The translations under genes and the position numbers were made by a program. From assembly GCA_012295275.1 (NCBI GenBank), contig CM022670.1:8246001-8310000 (forward strand): a stretch of 64,000 nt of DNA. Direction: 5' to 3'. This DNA comes from Chrysomallon squamiferum. Its lineage: Eukaryota > Animalia > Mollusca. The notes beneath the pieces were generated by a model that saw only the letters and a list, made by a program, of their open reading frames with translations, was not told where the DNA came from and searched no databases. Shown here in pieces: positions 13,462 through 24,364 of this stretch (its first letter is position 1; the number at the start of each line of letters is the position of its first letter).

Positions 13462-14882
13462 GTAGTAGTAATAGAAGTTAAATATTAAAAAAAAAAAAAA
13501 AATCAGAAAACGAGAAATAAATAGTTTTATTACTAATCAGATTTATATCAAATAATAAAACAGCACAACATTTATAATTTACATGTTTATTCATCAACAA
13601 AACATTTGCATAACTGAAATAATTACATCTTTGGATAATCGTAATACAGACCACCTTGTATACCAGCTGCTTGTCTACAGTGGTCATATTAAATCTGTAT
13701 TGTACACATAAATGAACACAAAACAATTTTCCATCGGTTATTCGAGTTAGCCAAAATACTTTTACGTAATTCAACCAACATCTAGTTATAATGGCAAGAT
13801 ATGGTAGGTAAAAAAATATAAAACCACTTCGACCAATCTGCAGATTAACGAGAAACTGATATAATTGTATGTATGAAATTTATAGAGATACAAAAATAAA
13901 CACATGTTCGCTTTATAATTTAAACCAGTCACTGAATAAATGAACTGGTCAACCGATCAGTTTTGTTTTATTTTCTTCAGTCCATTCAGTAAAATCTGGT
14001 ATGCTCAGATTTGCACTACAAAAGCGCAGAATACATTGATTGTATTGTAAAACTGATGGATTGACAATTATGATAACTGATTAAACAGAAATTAGATATT
14101 TTGTGATTGTTTTATAAATTTGATAAATCCAGTGTTTTACAAAATGAACAGTCTAGCTGCAGGAATGCTCAGATAGTTTGCTGGGACAGTTCAAATAGGG
14201 TTTTTTTAAAGTCCTGAACATATTAATTCATTGCAGGTCTTGAGGGGCGGATCTAGGGCTGGATTAATTGGCGAGTTTATATTTACGATTTGTATTCATT
14301 ATAACGAAATTAATGTCATCATAATAACAACCTTTATGTTTTTAGAATTACAGGATCCCAATGGAACTGATGATTTGAAAATGAGTTGAGTTATACCTGA
14401 GTAGTTGATGAAAAGATGAAAAATTCATGAAGTATAATGTTAATATACGAAACCGTGTCTTGCTTCAGTATTCAGACACCACGAGGTAAACTGAAGCATA
14501 ATACATTAACGTTTTTGTTGAGTATACTTTGAAACATTTAAAAAAAAATAAAGAAAATAAAAAAAAATCAAAAAAAATCACCGAAAAACTTGGAATAATA
14601 ATAAAAGATTACAGATCTTAATGCTAATTCAGGTAATATTTCCAAAAATACAAAATATAAGATTATATATACAATGTATATATATATATATACATCCGTT
14701 GGTTATTCAATATATTGTTTCAGTTTCTGATTTAATACTATTTCAGGATAACATTTATTGCATTTTTCCCTTTCATGATTTTGGGAAGAAAACTTCAGTA
14801 TGTTGGCGAATAAATGTTTTTACTGAACACATGTTGCAACATAGGAAAATACAAAGACAGTCCATTTGTAGATTTAAATTCA

Positions 14883-14944
<62 letters not shown>

Positions 14945-14955
14945 GTTTGATTGTC

Positions 14956-15362
14956 TTAAACAAGAATGTCGTTCATAATGGGCAACATAACTTCATTGTT
15001 CAAGTTATCGGTTTCTACCGTATAACTTCCCGAAGTCGTGGTATCGTCGTCATCAAAACTCTGATTGACGTCATCACTCCCGTTGGAATAACGATTGGCA
15101 CTCAAGTCTGACTTAAAAGTCACGTGTTTTTGAACAGGTTTTGAGAAACTGGTTACTGAACTTGAGAAACTGGTTACAGCATTTGGAAAACTGGTTAGAG
15201 AATTCGGAAAATATCTTCCACTGTCCGTTTTTCCGAATGTAACACCGAAGTTTGTCGAAGATTGACGAGCATTTGTCATGTTGACGTAATTAAACGTGTC
15301 GTTCCACTTTGGATCACGAAAATCGATAATGCGACCGCTGTTGTTTCCAGATTTCACAAGAT
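14956..15362 (-). CDS. Protocadherin B, terminal coding exon
   Basis: Acceptor TATTTCAG| at 15363/15362, phase 1. Translates (D)LVKSGNNSG...QKHVTFKSD...FDDDDTTTSGSYTVE...MNDILV*. Confidence 0.88.
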
Positions 15363-15553
15363 CTGAAATAATAATAAAAATGAATAATATAATATAATGT
15401 AATATATATAAAATAAAATAGAGAATTTGAAGAAAAACAAAATGTTGGAAGAAAGTCTTAATACGAAACAAATTTTTTAAAATTAAAATCATGAATAAAA
15501 CTGTTGTGATAAAACCGTGAAAGATTTACTTTCTATTTTCTAATCCACTGAAA

Positions 15554-15585
<32 letters not shown>

Positions 15586-15645
15586 TCTTTCCTTTTTTTC
15601 ATAAATTCTTTTTTAACTGAAAGGACTGAAAATAACAATAACTAC

Positions 15646-15778
15646 CTCGTTTTGATTCTGGTGATGCTCTTCCGTGGCTGTGGCTGTCTTCGTCGCTGCC
15701 ACCTCTACCACTGTCACTCGTAGTAGTTTCACCTGAAATGTCGCTGTTGGTGTCGTCGTTTTGACGATGTGGTAGTAT
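15646..15778 (-). CDS. Protocadherin B, CM1-like cytoplasmic exon
   Basis: Acceptor TTTTCATTAG| and donor GAG|GTAGTT; 133 nt, phase 0 to 1. Translates ILPHRQNDDTNSDISGETTTSDSGRGGSDEDSHSHGRASPESKR. Confidence 0.9.
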
Positions 15779-15975
15779 CTAATGAAAATAAAACGCAATA
15801 TTGTAGAACATTGTTAATGAATCAGTAATACACTTCTACAAGTTACAGAGAGCAAGAACCAAATGACATCATCAACATCATCATCAAGAACAACACCATC
15901 AACAACAACAACAATAATAGTAACAATAACAATAACAATGAATGATGAATAATAATAATAACAAAGCAATAATAA

Positions 15976-16012
<37 letters not shown>

Positions 16013-16135
16013 TTATCTCGAATAACTGTTACTTTTTTATATTACAAAAGTTAATTTTTATCACGTTACAATACTTCTATAAAAAAGAAAACATCCTAAT
16101 AATCTGTCTTTTGTGTGAGAAAAACCAAAAATCAC

Positions 16136-16300
16136 CTGAGATGAAAGACCGTGATATTTCAGAAGATCTTGATGAAGTTTGAGCGCTGTGGGCCAGTCTG
16201 TTGTTTCACCAGGATACGTTTGATCAGCAGGATACGTCGAATCAGCAGGATACGTCGAATCAGCAGGATACATGGAATTACTAGCACGTTTCTGTGAATC
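16136..16300 (-). CDS. Protocadherin B, additional symmetric cytoplasmic exon with YPADST repeats
   Basis: Acceptor TTCTTCCAG| and donor CAG|GTGATT; 165 nt, phase 0 to 0. Translates DSQKRASNSMYPADSTYPADSTYPADQTYPGETTDWPTALKLHQDLLKYHGLSSQ. Confidence 0.8.
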
Positions 16301-19300
16301 CTGGAAGAAGAAAATATTTATATATAGTAATGGAACATGATATGCAGTCATTTTTAATGTTAAGAATTTTTATGAGGTTGTAAAATTTGAGTCGTTGGAA
16401 TGTTCACACAAATGTACACACAAATGTACACAGCGAATGCAACAAAAAGCACAAAATACACACAAAATGCTAAAATATGAATATTACAAACACAAAGTGT
16501 ATAAATAAAATGCTAAATCAAAATATTAAAAAATGGAAAATAAATTTATAAAATATAAAAATGGAAAATATTTATTATATATAACAAAAACATCACACAC
16601 ACATATGTATGTATGTATTTATATATAAATACATACATAATTTATTTCTAAGTATTCTAAGCGTTTTTGTATCAGTTATCACAAAGTTTCCGTTAAAGTC
16701 ACTTAAAAACTAGCTATACATTACACTTATCAGCTTTGTATATCAACACACAGCATGAACAAACATCCCAGTATGTAATAAACGGCAGAAATCAATTTTA
16801 TGTGACAACGTCTTTGTTGGCTAATCACAACGCTAACTGTACTGGTATATAATTATGTAAATTATAGGGACACACTAATAGCGTCATGGAACATCAGTAT
16901 GTACGGCCACTCGTCAGCTACGACAACACTGACGAGGACGTCCCGTGAACAGATACGGTAATGACACGGCTGAACTCGATGACGTCTCGTCAAGCGGTAA
17001 TGATACGGTAAAAGAAGAAAGCCGGGCAGAAGGTGTTTGTGATCAGGTGTGCCGCCATAAAATATTACCTTACATTAGACTTAGTACGAATGTCGCTTCC
17101 TATTGTTACCACGTTAACATCAGCATCGCACGTTGATTGACGATTAGCACGCCAAGACTCGGGTGAAAAGGGGAACAAGTGTCGACAGTGACGTCATGGG
17201 GATGGTCTTTTTTGCGCGATGGCCAATTAAACCCCGAGCCTGCAGCTTTAGCGACGTGACGTAACGGAATCACGTCGAGCTATCGATGACAGGGTAATTT
17301 CAAACAACACGTCACTGATCTGTGTCTGTGTGTGTGTGTGTATTTTTCTAAGTGTAACTTGTCAGTTGTCATAGAAATCTTGCAAAGGCCATCTGTGATC
17401 GTTAACGTGTCTTTTCGCGCCTCGCTGTTCCTGGTACAATTTTCTCTCCCCCCAATTATCATTACCGTATTTCTTCAGTATAATCACCTAGAGATTAGAT
17501 AATCTTTACGTGAACGAAGACAAATCACTTTGCTAACTGATGCTGATTTAACTAATAAAACACACTGTGTTTTATGTTTTCATCTGATTACTTTTTTTTA
17601 TTTCTATCACAGACATATCGGCGATTCCCTATTTTTTTTTATTACCACCATTTTTTTTGTTTCTCTTTTTATAATTAACGTAATTTTTTTTCAAAAGTTA
17701 TATTACCCACTACAAAATTGGTACTCCCTTTATATGGAATAACACGACAAAACCCCAAGTAAAACAGATGATTGTAAAATACATATTATAACTATTATAA
17801 TTATTGAATATATATAAAAATATATATGTTTGTGTGTGTGTGTGTGTGTGGATATGGGTAAGTTTTTGTACATATGTTCGATCGTTCATATGTACGTATG
17901 TATATATGTGTCTGTGTAGAGAACTTTTTATAACGCTATAATTTCTTCCAGTCGCCAAAAACATATTATAAAATATTTTTTTTTGATGTTATAAAACAGA
18001 TTTTATATATACACACACACACACACACACACATAAACACACACACAAACACACAAATATCTATCTAGATGTTATATGCATCACCATCTTCTTCAACAAG
18101 CCTGTCAGTTAGCCAGTCCTGTCATTACAAATATTGGTTTACTTAGAGTTAACATCTTTAGAATGGGGAGGAACCGTTTGAAAGAAACCAAAACTCAGCT
18201 TTCCCTGTGATAATAGTCCTAACCCTGTAAATGTTTAGTATAATTCTATTACCATATGCCTTGTTACAGATATTACGTTATATCATTAACCATATCCATT
18301 CCGAGATATAAATACCACTGTGACGTAATTCAAACAATGTTTGTCAGTGCCATGACGTAATTGTCCGTGCAAATTCCTCAGTACTGAACTCCAATTAACA
18401 GAGACGTCCATTACCCAGACTCCTATTTTTATGCGTAAATATGAAAAATATACAGACCACATCACTACGTTTTCCTCTTCACAAAATTCATTAATATGAT
18501 TAGTATTGATAATAAATATTCAGGCTTGTATAATTAAACAAAGTTCCACGTGTTTATATGGAAACGCGCATAACGTCATTAATAACACGGAACTATACTG
18601 ATCAGCGTTACGTAATAACCGCCATAACGGGATCTAAATCAACTAAGTGACGTAACGACTATTACACGCACGTGACTCTGTTCTGGTTGGAATCCTTAAA
18701 CGTCAGATGCTATCTTAGAATTTACAGTTCTTTTATTTTCAGTCAGAATTGTTATCATTCGTCTGTCTTTGAACCGTTCATAACAGATAATAGATACGTA
18801 TCTTCCTGATTTACACGTAAATTCCAGCGTCTTATACATCATTATTGCATCGTTTAAAGGGTTAACATCAAGATATTTAAACTGACTGTGTGGATATTTT
18901 GTAAAATGCTAGACAAAATAAATAATTAATGTAGACAAATTATTTACGTACTGATGTGGTAATAATGTTTAGAAATATCTAAAGTTGATAACAAAAATAG
19001 AAAAATATATAAATATACACACATATGCACATACACACAGACACACACATATATACAATAAAGATAATAATATAATGATGATGATAATAATACAGTAACA
19101 ATAGCGGCAGCAACGGCAACAACAACACCAATGATAATAATAATACTAATAATAATAGTAGTAGTAGTAAAAATAATAATAACAATGACGATGATGATAG
19201 AAGTAAAAATAGAAAAACAGCCTATAATCAATGAACAACTATTTCAACAAAGCATTGTGTTGTACAATTGTGTCATCATGTTATGTGTTTCATTACAAGA

Positions 19301-19582
19301 ATATTAACACTTCTAGATGTTATTTCATTCATTACTTTTATTTACTAGCAGTTATTTATAAATGAAAAACACTCATAAATTAATTCTACATCTTCACGAA
19401 AATTAATCAAATACAATCAGACTGAAATTTTTTGTTTTAAAAACCCAAGAGATTTCAACAAGTACATAAATATTTTTAAAAAGTAAAGAGAAAAAAGTTG
19501 GAAGTAAAAGAAAAATAATAAATTAAATATTTAAGTAAAACGTTATAAATTTTTTTTATTATTTTCAAGAATAAACACAAAA

Positions 19583-19629
<47 letters not shown>

Positions 19630-22059
19630 AAAAAAAAACAAAAAGAAAAGAAAAGAAAAAAAGAAACAAAACAAAAGAAACATAAACAAATAAAACAATA
19701 TGAATGAAAAATTAGCTTCTTTTTTTCTAAATAAATTATTTCAATTTTTGAAGAACAAACATTAAACAAATTATTATATCTTAAATTCCATGGAAACAAA
19801 AAGAACAACAATTTTGAAGAAAGAAATAAAAGAAAAATAATGATTTGACAAAAGCACGTAACTACACCCAAAACACGTTTCAGGTAATCTTTCAGAAAAC
19901 GCAAGCACAAACTCATCTAAATCGCCGCGTTAAATAACATTTATTTAACTTCTTTGATGTTGTAAACAATAAAAACAGTTTCATTTCATTAATCTGTCAT
20001 TCCACAGGGTAAGAATGAAAAGAAAACAGAAACGAATAGGGAGGATAAGTGAATTAAAAGACTTACTCTCAAGTCGGGGAAATTATCCACTTGAAGTACT
20101 CAACACAAAAGTGTAAAAAATCCCTTTTATACATCGTGAAATGGACCCCAATTTACCTTGAATCAATATTTGTCTTTCGGAGGTTAAAAAAAAGGGGTCA
20201 CTTTAATCCCTTGGCAAAGCGGAATGAACCCCGCAGACTGGCTGATAGGGGATTTGTCGTTTGGCGAATACATGTCGACGCGGGTCTATTGTCCAGCTAC
20301 TGGCCGAGGGAATAACACCACGCCAAGTTAGCAGTCACTTGTATATAAAACACGTTTTTTTACTCTCGGGGATCGGGTAGACGGATTAAAATTCTCGTTT
20401 TGTTATGTTCAGAAAACCATTTAGAAACATCAAGGGAATTTCCCCCCATCAGTGTATGAATGAAACATAAATACTGGTAATATTGGACGTTTTGAAAGGT
20501 GCTAGATTCACAGTTGGCATCAATGGAGATTATTATGTGGTCACTTCATTTTTTTTTTCATTGTCTACAGTGCATTAGCAATAGATAGATATTTTAACAC
20601 GTGTTGTGTATATTCAGCTATCTTAATCTTGTCTTCAGGCATTTATTTCTATTACATATACAAAAAAAAAAAAAAATAATGAAATAAAATATAATCAAAC
20701 AAAATAAAGAGAAGTTATAAGAAAAGAAACGAAATAAAAAAATTAAAGAAAGAATATTATTATTATTAAAGATAAAATTAATATTTGTCTGACAGGAATG
20801 TAAAGAGTTTTTCTAAAATTAAATAATTAGTTCTGTACCCAAACATTTAATTTATAACAAATATTGGAAACGTTTATATTGTTATTGTTTTTTTTTATTG
20901 TAAAATAAATAAAAAATAGAATTAAATTTAAATAAATGATAAAAATAAAATAAAATAAAGTAAGATCAAATAAATAAATAATTAGATAGATAGCTAGATA
21001 GAAAAAATAAAAATAAAATATATAAATATATTTAACAGCGAATATTGTCAAAATGGCGACACAAATGTAAGAATAAAATCATATATTTAGACAAATGTTC
21101 ACTAGATCAATTAAAACAATTCGCATTAAATATTCAAATAATTTCTATATTCAAACTTGAAATAATGGATTGTTTCTAAAGAGTAATACAAAAAACAAAA
21201 ACAAATATTTTTTAAATTCCATTTTGTTTTACACAATTTTTATGTGAAATTTCAGTTATAAACTATAAATATATATTTTTAAATATTTTATAACTATTAG
21301 GATTACAATATGTAACAACAAATTAAAGAATAATAAATAAATAAATAAATAATATAAGCAGAACGAAATACAAAAAATAGAATGAACACAAGTGAAATTA
21401 CTAACATATTTAACATTTTCTTTCTTTCTCAATTTCACATTCACCTCTCAAACAACAACGCATCTTAAAATGCAGACGTCTTTTCCCCCATTCATAATTA
21501 CACAAGATGCAAATTTTCTTTGACAAGTATTGTAAAGAACAGTTCACCACAAAAAAAAGACAACACAGGCAACCCCCCCCAAAACTCGACAGCCTGTCTA
21601 GAACGGTACAACAGACGTGTGAGTTGGACAGGGGGGTGCCCACCCCGCCTGCTACTGTTTACAAAATACTTACTGAGATCGCTAATGACAAGTGTCAACA
21701 TAATTTCTTTCCACTACATTACAATGAACAAGGGAAGGTCTGCCCGGCGGAACCAGATCGAGGGAACAAAAACTCATTTAATGAGAAACAAACATGTTGG
21801 TTTAATAAAATAAAGATTTTAAGTACGTTATTTCATAATATTTTTGTACCCAGGTGTCAGAAAAAAAAGGTTATGTAATTTGCCCGTCTCTCCTGTTTAT
21901 TAAGTTCAGGGACAAAGAAAGAAATACACAGAAATAGGTTGAAGGTTCAGTTTATTTAACGAGAAATGGGAGTGTTTTGTTTTTGTTAGGCTCTTTCGCT
22001 CTCTGACCGTCTGTCTCTTTGTCTGTCTTACTTTGTGTTTCCCCCTCCCTTCCTATCTC

Positions 22060-22064
<5 letters not shown>

Positions 22065-22140
<76 letters not shown>
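22065..22140. repeat. (TC)n microsatellite in PcdhB intron
   Basis: Direct inspection. Confidence 0.95.
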
Positions 22141-22144
<4 letters not shown>

Positions 22145-22489
22145 CGACTAAACCTTGAAATAATATTCTTAATGGAATTTTCTTTTTTTTTGGCTTCTAA
22201 TTCTGTGTAACTAAATACCTTTGATAAGTCATAATTAAGTCATTTTAATCTTATTTCCTAGAGGGCTTTTAAAATATAATGAGGTAACATCATAGCGTTA
22301 AAGCTGTTTTTAAGCCATTTTTTTTTATTAAAAAATATTTAAATACAGTAGTAAAAAAACAGAAAAGAAAAGAAGAAAGAACAAAGTAAAAAAAAAATTG
22401 AAATTAAAATTAATAAAATGAAATAAAAAAAAAAAAATAAAACTGTATAAAAATAAATACGAAAACATATAAATAAAACAAAACAGAAA

Positions 22490-22525
<36 letters not shown>

Positions 22526-22931
22526 ATGAAATGAAATGAAATAAATAAAATAAATAAAAGAAACAATTCTAATTAACGTAATTAAAAGTGAAATAAAATA
22601 AAATTAAATTAAAAAATAACAAAGAAAATTACTGTAAGTTTTCGTTATAATCAGACTGTTGTCTAGGCTGAAGTATTACAGAACGCGTAAACTCAGACAT
22701 TTTGGCGTTTTCAGCATCAGTAGCAGATACAGGAACAAAGTTGGTTTATTCTCTAATCTGATTACTTAGTATTAACATTCCAGCGAGAACTTAACTCGTC
22801 AGTGATGTTGAAACCAAACACTAACTCCTTCAGTTAGATTTATAAGCTGTGAGTAAATAACGGTATGTATATGTTTGTTTTGTTACGTAACAGCAGGGCC
22901 TGTTCTAAACGAAATAACGATATACTTTATA

Positions 22932-22992
<61 letters not shown>

Positions 22993-24364
22993 GTAGGTAT
23001 ATATGTATGTATGTGTAGGTATCAATGTATATGCATATATGTGTGCGTAGGTATATGTATGTCTCTGTGTGTGTCTCTGTGTATATATGTAACTTTAGAA
23101 TATAAAACATATAGGAAAAGAAGAAAAGATATTGAGATAGAGAGAAATAAAACATTTGAAATAGAGAACAAGTGAGATGTAGAAAGAGACATGGAGAGAA
23201 AAAGAGAAAGAAAGACAGAGAGAGAGTTAAAAAAAAAATTAATTAATTTAATGTTTTTGATATAGCTTTATTTCTGTGTTTATTTTATACTTAGTAATTT
23301 ATTATTTTGTGTGTGTGAATTTGTCTGTAAGTGTTTATGATTATGTGCAGAAAGAAAGACATGGAGAAATATCTATAAAAAATGCAAAGAACTGAAGATG
23401 AAAAAAAAATATATATATATTTTTTATCGGTCAAAAGTTACAAAATGTAATAAATATGTCACTTTCACAAACACGGTTTTTATTTTCATCTTATCGCTGT
23501 CTGAAACTCACAAAAATCACCTCACACATTTATCACAAACAAATGATATGGTTTAATTTTCATACTTTTCTTTTTTTTTCCTTCTCATTTTCAGTCTGAC
23601 CTATATGAATACAATATTAATTAAACTAAATATCAATTTTTTTTTATCTGATATATTAAACTTACTGTTATATGTTAATATTAACCGTTACAAGTCATGT
23701 GTCACACTGTATGACTGACTATATACTGTTTAATTACACGTTCCTGGAGTCACGTGATAAAGTGATTCTAGAAGTGTTTAATATTGCGTGTATTTCTACG
23801 ACTGTCTGAGAGATAGAAGAATTAATGAAAAATAACATCTGTTGAGGTCATCCATTATTTCTACGTTCTCCAGTCAATCAGTGGATTAAAGACTGTTATC
23901 TTAATTATAAATTATTACCAAAAACAGAAATAAAAAAAAAGTTACATTTTTTGTTGTTGTTGTTGTTAAAAGTTACATTAATTTTTTTTCTTTCTTTTTA
24001 GCTGAAAAAAATATAAAATATGCTTTGTCTGCAGGACATGTAAGTATGTTTGTTATGTGTTTACTTTGTGTTTGCTGTGCTAATTTGTCCGACATACATA
24101 TATTAATGTCAATGTATGTTTGTACGAATATACATACATACATATATATATATAAAAATATACAAAATTATATACATACATATGTGCATACATACATACA
24201 TACACACATATACGTACATAAATACGTACATACGTACATGCCTACATACATACAAACATACATGCATACATACAGACACACACATATACGAAACCTCTGT
24301 GTTGATTATAATTTTTAACTCTGTCTCTCTATATACAAAATATCAGACTGTAAATCACACTTAC

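Noticed and set aside
14243-14275. AGGGGCGGATCTAGG resembling a MITE terminus
   Set aside because: Only ~15 bp, with no partner end or target-site duplication found.
21400-21880. Cluster of short ORFs with G/C runs
   Set aside because: No coherent protein. It may be a decayed repeat in the PcdhB intron, but termini could not be defined.
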